DNA of 63,983 nucleotides, filler included, from Octopus bimaculoides (taxonomy: Eukaryota), in assembly GCF_001194135.2 (NCBI RefSeq). It is 7 parts of 7 records of this genome, joined end to end, with 100 filler letters (N's around TTAATTAATTAA, not from the genome) between each part and the next. Parts side by side here need not be neighbours in the genome. Positions count along the whole stretch, not along the records: positions 27,440 to 50,048 come from NC_068985.1; positions 50,149 to 51,611 come from NC_068982.1; positions 51,712 to 53,659 come from NC_068994.1; positions 53,760 to 61,265 come from NC_068984.1; positions 61,366 to 63,983 come from NW_026390639.1; 2 more parts are not named here. The stretch is one strand, 5' to 3'. The position numbers were made by a program, and so were the translations under genes. Positions 49,958 to 61,609 of this stretch are shown piece after piece. The notes below the pieces were generated by a model. That model was given only the letters and a program-made list of their open reading frames with translations, was not told the origin of the DNA and did no database searches. The stretch's first letter is position 1. Every line of letters begins with the position of its first letter.

Positions 49958-50048
49958 TATCTCTCTCTCTCCCCGAAAACACACACTCTCTCTCTCCCCG
50001 AAAACACACACTCTCTCTCTCCCCGAAAACACACACTCTCTCTCTCCC
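49958..50048. repeat. 25-bp tandem repeat (ctctctctctccccgaaaacacaca)n
   Basis: Three full units before the gap. Confidence 0.9.
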
Positions 50049-50300
50049 NNNNNNNNNNNNNNNNNNNNNNNNNNNNNNNNNNNNNNNNNNNNTTAATTAA
50101 TTAANNNNNNNNNNNNNNNNNNNNNNNNNNNNNNNNNNNNNNNNNNNNATTAGAGATAAAAAAAAATCAAATGAAGAGCCTAAGATTTATCCGAGGTCAA
50201 ATTATTCATGTATCACAAGTATGGAAGTAAATGTTGGAGCCGTTTTCACGTGATAAGCGATTACACACACATCTCTGTTTTATATATAGTATAGATATAT

Positions 50301-50458
50301 TCGACGGGCTTCTTTCAGTTTCCGTCTACCAAATCTACTCACAAGGCTTTGGTCAGCCCGAGGCTATAGTAGAAGACACTTGTCCTAAGTGCCACGCAGT
50401 TGGACTGAACCCGGAACCATGTGGTTGGTAAGCAAGTTATCTATCACACAGCCACTCC
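50301..50458 (-). mobile_element. SINE family A 5' half
   Basis: cgacgggcttctttcagtttccgtctacc...ggactgaacccggaaccatgtgg. Confidence 0.9.
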
Positions 50459-50511
50459 TGTTAATTTTTTGTTTGCTTGTGTTTATGTCTTATGTTTTTG
50501 TTTTTTGTTTT

Positions 50512-50960
50512 TTAAGGCGAAAAGCAAGCAGAATTGTTAGCACGCCTGGCAAAATGCTTAGCGGCATTTCGTCCGTTTTTACGTTTTGAGTTCAAATTCT
50601 GTCGAGGTCAATTTTGCTTTTTCAACCTTCCGGGGACGATAAAATAAGTACCAGTTGAACACTAGGGTGGAAGTAATCGACTCCCACTTCCTTCGAAATT
50701 GCTAGCCTTGTGCTAAAATTTGTAACCAATTTTAATTACATGTTCGTCTAAGACGCCGAACTGGCAGTACCGTATCCGCACTATACAAGACGCTCAGTGG
50801 CATTTCTTCCGACCTCACGTTCTGAGTTCAAATTCCGCCGAGGTCGATTTTGCTTTGATCTTTTCAAGGGGGCGATAAAATAAGTACCAGTAGGCACTGT
50901 GGTCGTTGTAAATGACTTCCCCGCCACTCAAATTTGCTGGCCACGCGCCAAAATAAAAAA
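50512..50960 (+). mobile_element. Two tandem SINE family C copies
   Basis: Two gagttcaaattc...aagtaccag bodies. Confidence 0.85.
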
Positions 50961-51224
50961 CGTATTATTTATATATTGCATATCGGAAAATGAGAACACA
51001 CCATCTCTGTAGAAAAAGGCTTTTCCCCTGAAATTTTAAGTCTTCTAACTTGAGAAATGGACAAGAGAAGGAGCCCAAATAGTTGAATATTAGTCCAAAA
51101 TGTAGACATCATTGTGGGCAAGAGATATATTTAAAGAAAACTACAAATAGCGAAATTTATGTACCTAGCTGGCTGGCCATTATATGAACGATTATTATTA
51201 AAAATATGTGTATATATATTTATT

Positions 51225-51280
51225 AAGGCAGCGAGCTAGCAGAATCGTTAGCACGCCGGTCGAAATGCTTCGCGGTATCA
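51225..51280 (+). mobile_element. SINE family C head, interrupted
   Basis: aaggcagcgagctagcagaatcgttagcacgccggtcgaaatgcttcgcggtat. Confidence 0.85.
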
Positions 51281-51611
51281 CGGCTCTGTGAATTATTGTG
51301 AATACTGTTGTGTTACTTTGTGAAAACTGTCTCGGTGAATAATTGTGATTTTTGTGGAATTATTACGGTTGCATTTCACGTGAGCTGCTGCATTTTCCCC
51401 AGCTATGGCAAGTGGTAGTGTCTCCAGTATGGAGAGCTACGCCAAGGCCACTGCGGTGAGGAAGCCAGTGCCGCTGGAAACCAAGTTAATCAAGTTGGAT
51501 ATGGAGGAGGTGACCAGAAGCAGAAATTTGATAGAAGTTGAGGGAGACTCGTACAAATTGTGTCCCCCAAAAGAGACGAAAGAAAATAAAATTCTGAGGA
51601 CAGTAGTGTAT
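51281..51611 (+). mobile_element. Probable LINE 5' UTR plus ORF1 N-terminus, cut by gap
   Basis: GTG/T-rich UTR, then ATG 51405 MASGSVSSMESYAKATAVRKP...KILRTVVY; an SYA motif is common at LINE ORF1 N-termini. Confidence 0.55.
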
Positions 51612-53366
51612 NNNNNNNNNNNNNNNNNNNNNNNNNNNNNNNNNNNNNNNNNNNNTTAATTAATTAANNNNNNNNNNNNNNNNNNNNNNNNNNNNNNNNN
51701 NNNNNNNNNNNAAGTACTAAGTAACAGTATTTTTGCCTGCATACTGTATCTAAGTAAGTTAATGTGGTTTGTTTTGTATTAGTGGTAAACAGGAAACTAA
51801 CTTTATTACTGAATCATAAAGCAACAACAACAACAACAATACAGACAAAGAAACTGGTTGACGTGGGTTAGCTGAGGATTGAAGTTCCGTAAAGTGCTGA
51901 AGTGTTTCGGTTGAAATTTGTTAAAGAGAGAAAAAAAGGGAGAAAGAGACAGAAAGAAAGGGAGAGAGAGAAAGAGAGAGAGAGTGGAGAAAAATGGCAG
52001 GTAAGCTGTGAAATTTATTGAAGTGTATTTTATATTTGTTTGTTTATTGCTTATTCATGGCGCCCACAGAATTTTGCAGGATGTCCAAAACCAGTGGTGA
52101 GAAGAGAAAAAAGTAGAAGACGAAACCTTGTCTTTTTAGATGAAGGGACAGAGAGCAGCGCTAGTTTTTATGATACTTTCTGAGTCGGGAGGAAAGGACA
52201 TTGCTCATGATCTTTACAGGCCCGCTCAGACGAGAGACCTTGGTGTGTTTGAATTGATGCAGAATTGACATGTAGAGGAGAGAAAAATTTCAGTGAGACG
52301 ATGTTCTGTGGAGGAGAAACTGGGAATAGTGGTTAGTGCAGGATCGGTGTCGTTGCACACACTGAGAGTGTTGAAAGATGGGAAGACGAGTGGGTTTGAG
52401 AAGTCTAAATGGACGCAATGTGAGAGCAGCCAGGTCTGAAGAACAGAGATCATAAAAACATAACATATCAGTTTATCCTCAGACTGAAGACCTGGTTCCG
52501 ATTTTTGCAACAACTAAGTGAACTTCACTAAAGACAGCCGAGTGTCCTGGGTCAGATCAAGAAAATCGTGCTACTGGTACCTTTTAACCAAGTTCTAGCT
52601 GTTCCATGGTCGGGTGACCGGCGACTAAGCCGGCTACTTCACCTGGCGCCAGGTGAGGGGAGTGCTGTGGTCACTCTGCAGGACCAAACACAAAACATGT
52701 CAAAGGACGAATGAACTTATTGTTAGCCAACGACCATCCACATGAGTGTTGTCTCGTAAAAACATTCTGCACGTGGGTTGGCAAACTGTGCTGATGGTCC
52801 CATACCGTAGCCAAGAAAACTCTAATGAAAGACACACGTCCACGAGTGATGTTGCATAGAGTAAGAAAAAAAGACCTTAGGTTTAGCTGGCTGTGTTAAA
52901 CTGGGCGACGGGTGTAGGTTTATTACTCAATGTAATAGGATATGAACAAAGTAATAAAAAGAGTGAGAGAAATCTAATCGACGTTTCGTTTCTTGATTGA
53001 AGCCAATTTATAGTAATATCTTGGACAAAAGTATGGACATAAAACAATCTACATTGCTTTTTACTGTATGACTAGGTATGGCTGTGTGGTTTCAGGTTCA
53101 ATTTCACTGCGCAGCAACGTCTTTCATCATTGTTTCAAATTAACCAAGGTATTATGAGTAAAATTTGGCTGACAGAAACAGAAAATAATGAAAAGGATCA
53201 TCCTCCGGTTTAACTTAAACCATCCGATCCTTAGTTGACTTTATCCGATTCCACTCTATTGCAAGCATAGAATCAAGTATTCGGTTGAAGCATAACTTCC
53301 TGCTTTTTTCTCACCAATCACAGATGTCCTGAAAAGATCATACATGCTACTCTTTCCTTTATGACT

Positions 53367-53659
53367 ACCACTGAATATAGATTTTAAGAAATTCGTAATA
53401 AGTAAGGCATAAAAAAACATGAAATATGTATATTCTATGCATCATTTTTCATGTTCCTTAGTTTCAAATTCAAACTTCTAATCTTCATAGAATATTATTA
53501 AGAAAGACCACTGAATATAGATTTTAAGAAATTCGTAATAAGTAAAGCATAAAAAAACATGAAATATGTATATTCTATGCATCATTTTTCATGTTCCTTA
53601 GTTTCAAATTCAAACTTCTAATCTTCATAGAATATTATTAAGAAAGACCACTGAATATA
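53367..53659. repeat. 140-bp tandem repeat, at least 2.1 units, runs into gap
   Basis: accactgaatatag at 53367, 53507 and 53647; the two full units differ by one base. Confidence 0.9.
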
Positions 53660-54190
53660 NNNNNNNNNNNNNNNNNNNNNNNNNNNNNNNNNNNNNNNNN
53701 NNNTTAATTAATTAANNNNNNNNNNNNNNNNNNNNNNNNNNNNNNNNNNNNNNNNNNNNTACCCGGCTTGTTTTTTTTCACCTTTTGTTATGACTTTCCA
53801 TCTGTCCTTTTCTCGTTTTCAGTCCTGCAGAACATTTTCCTTTGCGTCACTTCATACTTGTCTCTCTCAGAGCCGCAAAGCCTTAATTTGTTTGTATATA
53901 ATTTTTTTTTCTTTGTAAATCTACATTTTGTCATGTGTGTCTTCGTCATTGTCCTATACATTCATTCACTATTCCCAGTGGATTCCTGCCACTGGCGTCA
54001 CCAAAAGTGAACAATATCATCGTTAAAGGCTCAGTTTGTTAAGATCATTTGGACGATGACTGATACGAAATTAGCAACATCTTGTACGTGATTTCTCCGT
54101 TTGTTGTGATTCAGTTAAATTTTTGGAACACTATATATAATTTACATTATCTACATTTGACGGATATTCGTCCTCATCTTGTTTGTTGTT

Positions 54191-54236
54191 AACACAACGT
54201 TTCGGCTGATATACCCTCCAGCCTTCGTCAGGTGTC
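54191..54236 (-). ncRNA. Minimal type I hammerhead ribozyme motif
   Basis: GACAC-CUGACGA-A-GGCUG/GAGGGUAUAU/CAGCC-GAAA-CG-U-U-GUGUU: 5-bp stem I, 5-bp stem II, palindromic AACGUU stem III. Confidence 0.75.
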
Positions 54237-54339
54237 TTGGGGAAATTTCGAACCTGGGTTCTCATTCCTATCGATGTTACTATTATTATTATTATTATAT
54301 TATTATTATTATTATTATATTATTATTATTATTATTAAT

Positions 54340-54402
54340 CAGGTCGCTGCCGTGAATCGAACTCGGAACCTTGGGGTTAGTAACTCGCGCTCTTAACCAC
54401 TA
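54340..54402 (-). promoter_or_regulatory. tRNA-like Pol III internal promoter (A box TAGTGGTTAAG, B box GAGTTCGATTC) inside the Penelope 3' region
   Basis: Minus strand tagtggttaagagcgcgagttactaaccccaaggttccgagttcgattcacggcagcgacctg, followed by (TAA)n. Confidence 0.7.
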
Positions 54403-56289
54403 TTATTTTTCTATCCTTCCTCAATACCAGTTCCCATATGCTATTCATATCTGCACTCGGTCTGCTTAGGAGGTTGTTGTGTCCTAGCATATGTGCTGCT
54501 TNNNNNNNNNNNNNNNNNNNNNNNNNNNNNNNNNNNNNNNNNNNNNNNNNNNNNNNNNNNNNNNNNNNNNNNNNNNNNNNNNNNNNNNNNNNNNNNNNNN
54601 NNNNNNNNNNNNNNNNNNNNNNNNNNNNNNNNNNNNNNNNNNNNNNNNNNNNNNNNNNNNNNNNNNNNNNNNNNNNNNNNNNNNNNNNNNNNNNNNNNNN
54701 NNNNNNNNNNNNNNNNNNNNNNNNNNNNNNNNNNNNNNNNNNNNNNNNNNNNNNNNNNNNNNNNNNNNNNNNNNNNNNNNNNNNNNNNNNNNNNNNNNNN
54801 NNNNNNNNNNNNNNNNNNNNNNNNNNNNNNNNNNNNNNNNNNNNNNNNNNNNNNNNNNNNNNNNNNNNNNNNNNNNNNNNNNNNNNNNNGGTGGGGCCAG
54901 AGAATAAAGGTGTCATCAACGTATCGCAGCCATAGGGTTGGTTTTAGTGGTGTTGATCCTAAAGCCAAATTCTCGAAGTATTCCATGTATATATTGGCTA
55001 TTAGATGAGGACGAATATCCGTCAAATGTAGATAATGTAAATAATGTAAATAATTCCTCATCTCTTAAATATAGAACTGTACTATATATAATATTTTACA
55101 AGGCTATATTGTGGAAAAAATTTTTTTGTTTCAGCATACATTTATCGAAAGATATTTTATATTGGGTTTGTAGGAGTGAGTGGAAATCTATGTTTCTCTA
55201 CATTTAAATATAATATTTTGGTATGTACTGGAGTATAGTATGAAACCATGTAATGTAACATTACTCAAACCTTTGAAAATAAAGTAGATTAAATTTGCCA
55301 GATCAAAAGAAAGAAAAAAGAAATATTGGTATCATTGACGACTGGTACATGCAAATTTAAAGCAAATATATTGGTAAAAACTGGAACAGATCAGCCAAGT
55401 ACCATAGATATGAATGAATTCCTCAAGATACTTACAGTACATGCTGACAAAGCAAAATTATTATTGAATCTTACTACACTGAAAGTAATAGGAAAAATTC
55501 TAAGAGAAACTGGTACTTCGGCGAACAACACAGACTACAGAACAAAGCAAGCTCACAGACATACCGTTGCTATTATGTTGAACTGCAGTATGTCCAAATT
55601 TGGCCAAATACGTTTTGTTTGCAATATTTATTTTTGCTTGCAATAACCGATTTTTTTGGTCAAAATACGTATCTCCAGCTGCTTCAAATGCCAAGATATT
55701 GAAAACTGTCGAAATGTAGTTGAACGGTTTTGCTATGTAAAGGTAAAACTATTTCATCGTTTTCTGAAAAAACGTTTTGGACTTACGACACTTTCGCGTA
55801 ATAGCAACGATACATACATACATACATACATACATACATACATACATGCATGCATGCATGCATACGTAGGTGTGTGTGTGTGTGTTTGGGTGGGTGTGTA
55901 CTGTGAATAAATGGGGATGCAATCTCCAGGCAGGTACCGTTCAATCACTTAGTTATGATCCAGGTTAAGGATAACCGCATCGAGTTGTAATGAGCACCTA
56001 GAACTATTTGAGGTAAGCAAACTCACTGTATTCTATCCTTTAGGCAAATTCTGGGTTCGTTTCTATCCACTTCAGTGGACTTTATACACAACTTTTTACT
56101 CCTTTATTTATATGGTACCTTTTAGTCCAACAACTCTACTATTATGTTTGAATTATACATTCTATGTTCTAAAGAGATACCACATGTTTTACCTTTTCAT
56201 TCTTTCTTTCTAATACATATATATAAGCTACTTACCACACAGCCACTCCTACGCCTATATATATATGTATATATATATATTTGAATATT

Positions 56290-56780
56290 AATTCAATTAA
56301 CATCAATTTAAAACCAAGTGGCCTAGCATATAAAACATCTGAAAATTCAGAAAAATTGTATTATATGCGTATAAGAAGGGATGACCACTAAGTGGACATC
56401 CGATATGCTAGAAAGAGATCTTCAACGACCCAACCACAAATAAAAATCATGTTCTGGAGAATATTATATACGCATATATATANNNNNNNNNNNAAATGAG
56501 TATATGCATATATATGTACAAGTATGTGCATACCTACATCTACCTGTATATATAGGTGCTTATCTGGGAACAAGACATTGCAAACAAAACGTAGACAAAA
56601 AAATAATAACCAGAGTACAGAAAACACACAGGCCACATAGAGAACATTTTCCTTCATCAGCTGCCCCCATTTTAACACAGGCGTTTCGAAGAGTTAGGGC
56701 AGGACGCATCGTTAAAATGGCTCTTCCCATGGACCACAAATTAAATTTGTATACACAAATTAAATTTGTACCATGGAGGA
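56290..56780. mobile_element. Unclassified dispersed repeat family X; second partial copy at 59335-59487
   Basis: tatgcatatatatgtaca...atctggg(a/t)aca(a/g)gac(a/g)ttgcaaa...gccacatagagaa shared between both sites. Confidence 0.65.
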
Positions 56781-56822
<42 letters not shown>

Positions 56823-56829
56823 ATATTAT

Positions 56830-57135
56830 ACGTGATTGACCAGATTATCGGATGTTGTTATACATACATCGCTAGTCACAGTGCGCTTTGCATCGTTTTA
56901 GCTTACGAATGATGCCATCTTGCTGGTTAGGCGAACAGCCACAACATCCTCCACCCTTGATCGGAAGGCTAGTCCGTCCGTCGCATGGTTACCCATTTAC
57001 GGCCTGAGCAGACTGGAGTAACATGGAATGAAGTATCTTGCTCAAGAATACAACGCGTCACTCATTCCCGAAATCGAACCCGCGACCGAGCGATCGTTAG
57101 TGCAACACTCTAATCACTAGGCCACGCCCCCTTCA
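56830..57135 (-). mobile_element. tRNA-derived SINE family E
   Basis: Minus head gggggcgtggcctagtgattagagtgttgcac...gggttcgatttc, then cttgagcaagatacttc..ctccagtctgctcaggccgtaaatgggtaacc central domain. Confidence 0.8.
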
Positions 57136-57142
57136 CCACGTA

Positions 57143-57540
57143 TACTCTTTTACTCTTTTACTTGTTTCAGTCATTTGACTGCGGCCATGCTGGAGCACCG
57201 CCTTTTAGTCGAGCAAATCGACCCCAGGACTTATTCTTTGTGAGCCTAGTACTTATTCTATCGGTCTGTTTTGCCGAACCGCTAAGTTACGGGGACGTAA
57301 ACACACCAACATCGGTTGTCAAGCGATGTTAGTGGGGACAAACACAGACGGACACACATATGTATATACATACATATATACGACGAGCTTCTTTCAGTTT
57401 CCGTCTACCAAATCCACTCACAAGGCTTTGGTCGGCCCGAGGCTATAGTAGAAGACACTTGCCCAAGGTGCCACGTAGTGGGACTGAACCCAGAACCATG
57501 TGGCTGGTAAGCAAACTACTTACCACATAGCCACTCCTGC
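57143..57540 (-). mobile_element. SINE family A, young full-length copy with (TAAAAGAG)n tail
   Basis: Both halves intact; about 94% by eye to 62420-62630. Confidence 0.95.
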
Positions 57541-57819
57541 ACCTGTATAAATATATCTTGCACATTGTATCGTTTATATTTCTATTGATATTAATAATAA
57601 TAATAATAAAATAAATTTTAAAAACGCAGAACAAAAATAAGCTCCCCCCCATCCCAACCTTCACCCTCGCCACCCCACCAAAATAAAAGCAACGAACGTC
57701 CTTAGAAGACTTTTCTAGCTGAGAGTCAAAGAACGTATCTGCTTGATTGTTTGGCATTCTTTCAGTTTGTGTTTATAGTTTTGTCATATTATAGAGTTGA
57801 CAATCAAATAAAATGTCTC

Positions 57820-59330
57820 TTTTTTTTTCTTTCTCATTCAATCACACACGCACAGGACATGCACGCACACACACACACGCTCGCATACAAACACACACAC
57901 ACAAACACATACTCACACATGCACTCTCGTTCCCTCTTTCACACACATACACACACTTTCTCTAACGTTTACATATACTCGCTTTTTCTTTCTCTCTTTC
58001 ACACATGCTCTCTCACTCTCTCTCTCTCTCACACACACACATACACACACATTCTCCTCTCTCTCTCTCTCTCACACAAGCACGCACTCATTTTCTCATA
58101 CACGCACATTCCTCACTTATACGCACACATACACATATACGCACACACACACACAAACACACACTCATACACTCCCTTTCTTTAACTTTCTCTTTTACTC
58201 TTTTCACTCATATTCTTTCGCACACACGCACACACACACACACACACTCACTCTTTCATTTTCTCTTTCTTTTCTCCCCTCTCCCTCTCCCCCCTCTCTC
58301 TCTCTTCTCTCTTACACACACACACACACACTCACGTACAGATCTATCGCACTTAAACGCACACACGCAAACTTCCTTCCTCCACACTCTGTTTCTCTCA
58401 CACCCATTCTCTCATATTCCTCTCACTCTCTATCTCTCTCTATCTCTCTCTCCCTCTCTCTCTCCCTCTCATACACACACACACACACGCACACACGCAC
58501 ACACGCACACACGCACACACGCACGCACACACACATCCTCTATGGCCACAGTTGCAAGCTGCTTCAAGTGTTGGGTGATGCTACGACAATAAACACAGTT
58601 GCAGTGTTATAATGTCGTCCTACATAACAAGCTGCGCGCGTGTGTGTACGTCAATGTGTGTGTGTGTGTGTTCGTGCGTACGTCAGTGTGTGTGTATGTG
58701 TGTACATGAGTATGAGTGTGTGTGCCTCAGTGTGTGTGTGTGTGTGTGTGTGTGATTTTATGTCACATGTACTTTAATGAGCCAACTTGCAATTTCTCCT
58801 TTTTCTTTATTTCTCCAGCTTGCAGCTCACTGCTAACAGTTGAGAGAAAAGGTGGGCATATATGTGCCGCGTGGCGGCGAGAGCGCATGGGCGAGAGAGA
58901 GAGGTGCAATGTGGGGAGGGAGGAGGAGTATATGAAAGCGAAGCAGCCTCTGTGTACGGGTGTGTACGTGCGTGTATGCGTGTGTGTGTGTATGTGTGTA
59001 TGTGTGTGTGTGTGTGAGAGAGATAGAAAAGGGAAGGGTGAATAAGTGTGCAGCGTGAGATACTGCCAATGAAAGCTTAAGCTGCAGCCACAAGGACAGA
59101 TGGACTAAGATATGTGTTTGTGTGTGTGCGCAGGCGTGTGTGTGCGTTTGTGTGTGTGCGTTTGTGTGTGTGCGTTTGTGTGTGTGCGTTTGTGTGTGTG
59201 CGTTTGTGTGTGTGCGTGTGTTGTGTGCATGTGTTGTGTGCGTGTGTTGTGTGCGTGTGTTTATTTATATNNNNNNNNNNNNNNNNNNNNNNNNNNNNNN
59301 NNNNNNNNNTGTGTGTGTGTGTGTGTGTGT
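57820..59330. repeat. Low-complexity (CA/CT/TG)n region
   Basis: Direct inspection; source of the His/Thr/Ser and Cys/Val pseudo-ORFs. Confidence 0.9.
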
Positions 59331-59483
59331 ACAAACAATATATGAGTATATGCATATATATGTACATGTATGTACATACCTTCATCTACATGTACATATA
59401 GATACATATCTGGGTACAGGACGTTGCAAAAGAACATGGACAAAATGATAAACAAGGTACAACAAACAAGCAAGCCACATAGA

Positions 59484-59529
<46 letters not shown>

Positions 59530-60149
59530 ACATGGTTGTGCATGTGTGTGTATGAGTTTATATATGTAACTGTATGTGTGTGTGGTTGTGTATCTGTGTT
59601 TATATATATATATGTATATATATGGTTTGTGTGTGTGTTTGAGAGCATGCAGTGTGGTACTTAGAGTGGAGAGAGGCGTGGTAAGAAGGCGGGAGGAAAG
59701 TTGCAGTGAGAGGTGCAGCTACAGGTGGAGGTGCTTTGTGGTAGTGAGAGGGGAAAAGTGTCTGGTGTTAACTGAGAGAAGGGAAGAAATGTGTGTGTGT
59801 GTGTGTGTGCGTGTGTGTGTGCGTGCATTTGTGTATGTATGCTTGTGCATTTTAGCGTGAATATGCGTGCATGTGAGTGTGTGCGTGTGTGTTTGTGTGT
59901 GTAAAATGCATGCAGTGTGCTCCTGAGATAGTGCTGCGTGGAAAGAGAGAGTGCAAAGGAAGAGGTGTGTGGTGGTGGTGGGTGCGAGAAATGCAAACGA
60001 GAGCAGAATGGGACAGATGCAATTTGGAGCCGAGAGAGAAGTGCAGTAAAAGCAATGCAGTCTGGTGCTGTGAGAGACAAGTTCAAAGAGAAATGATGCA
60101 GTGTGGTGATGAGATAAAAATGCAGTAAAAAAATGAGCAAAAGTGGGTT

Positions 60150-60700
60150 GTGCTCAGTGCTACGAAGAGAGAAGAAGTGCAGCGAGAGAGAATGAAAGAG
60201 AGAGGTGCAGTTTGTTATTGTGAGAAATGTGCAGTGAAAGGGAGAGATGTGCAGTGAAAGAGAGAGATGCAGTTTGGTTCTGAGAGAGATGTGCAGTGAA
60301 AGAGATTGAAAGAGAGAGACGCTGTGAGGTATTGTGGCAAAAGTGCAATGAAAGAGAGAGAGAGAGAGATGTGCAGTTAAAGAGAGAAATGCAGTTTGAT
60401 CCTGAGAGAGAAGTGCAGTGAAAGAGATTGAAAGAGAGAGAGAGATGCAGCATGGTACTGCAAGAGAAGTGCAGTGAAATGAGAGAGATGCATTTTGGTT
60501 CTGAGAGAGAAATGCAGTGAAAAACAGGAGTGATGTGCTAATAAGATGGAAGTGCAGTAAAAGAGAGCAAAATTGAGAGGTGCAGTAAAAGAGTGTGAGA
60601 GTGAGAGGTGCATGGTGGCATTAAGAGAGAAATGCAGTGAGAGTGAATCGGGGAGAGAGGTGCACCTTGGTATTGCGAGAGAAGTGCAGTGAACAGGGTA
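60150..60700. repeat. Degenerate GA-rich minisatellite built on gagagagat(gt)gcagt(g)aaa modules
   Basis: TGCAGT-anchored modules recur more than 15 times, with a higher-order unit of about 60 bp. Confidence 0.8.
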
Positions 60701-60857
60701 AGAGGAGGAAAGAGAGAAGGGAAGTGGAGGAAAGTGTGTGGTTAAAAGAGACTGCATTGTTGCAGTGTGAGCGATGCTGGGTCGTAGTGTGAGTGAAAGG
60801 GTGATATGGAAAAAGTGTTATAAAAGGAAAAATAGTGATAGTATGAGAGAGAGGGGG

Positions 60858-60898
<41 letters not shown>

Positions 60899-60908
60899 NN
60901 NNNNNNNN

Positions 60909-60952
<44 letters not shown>

Positions 60953-61232
60953 GAGGAAAGGAAATAGGCTGGAGTAAACAGATATATCTGTATGTATCTA
61001 TTGTATACGCGTGGGCTTGTGTACATAGACGTTCACGTGAATATATGTAAACATGCATATACATATGTGAATAGGTAAATACTTGTGTAAATGAATTTGT
61101 GCGCGGTGTGTGTGTGTGTGTGTGTCAAACTAGCTTGAAAAGTGCCAATGTAGAAAACTATCGACCCCGAGTCACTTCGTTGCAGCTGCTAAATAAAGAT
61201 ACACATATACTCATAGTTTGAATTATGTATGC

Positions 61233-61265
<33 letters not shown>

Positions 61266-61609
61266 NNNNNNNNNNNNNNNNNNNNNNNNNNNNNNNNNNN
61301 NNNNNNNNNTTAATTAATTAANNNNNNNNNNNNNNNNNNNNNNNNNNNNNNNNNNNNNNNNNNNNATCGCAGTTATTTGTATAATTCTTTAAAAATTTTA
61401 AATTACCTATGTTACATTTATGAATATGTCTGGGTTTTTTTTCTTTATTTCCTCTTAACTTATTCTTACACTTATTATTCTTATAATTCATATCTGTCTT
61501 AATATTGTTACAATCAGGTTTGACTTTTTATCCTGAAGATGTGTAAGGTAATTTACTTATTTAACTTGAATTAAGAGTTGAATTTGACCTTATACAGAAA
61601 TATATATAT

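Larger units (their letters stand above)
54141..55080 (-). mobile_element. 5'-truncated Penelope-like retroelement with inverted terminal segment and 11-bp TSD
   Basis: RT peptide IANIYMEYFENLALGSTPLKPTLWLRYVDDTFILWPH; EN end AAHMLGHNNLLSRPS; 54141-54179 is the exact reverse complement of 55003-55041; TSD ACTATATATAA at 54130-54140 and 55081-55091. Confidence 0.95.

Noticed and set aside
52520-52860. GC-richer block resembling a retroelement 5' UTR
   Set aside because: Single copy in the window with no adjoining recognisable ORF; cannot be classified without a repeat library search
56630-56700. GAAAC...CTGATGA on the minus strand as a possible type II/III hammerhead
   Set aside because: No stem I hairpin can form (aaaatgggggcag) and stem II pairing is poor
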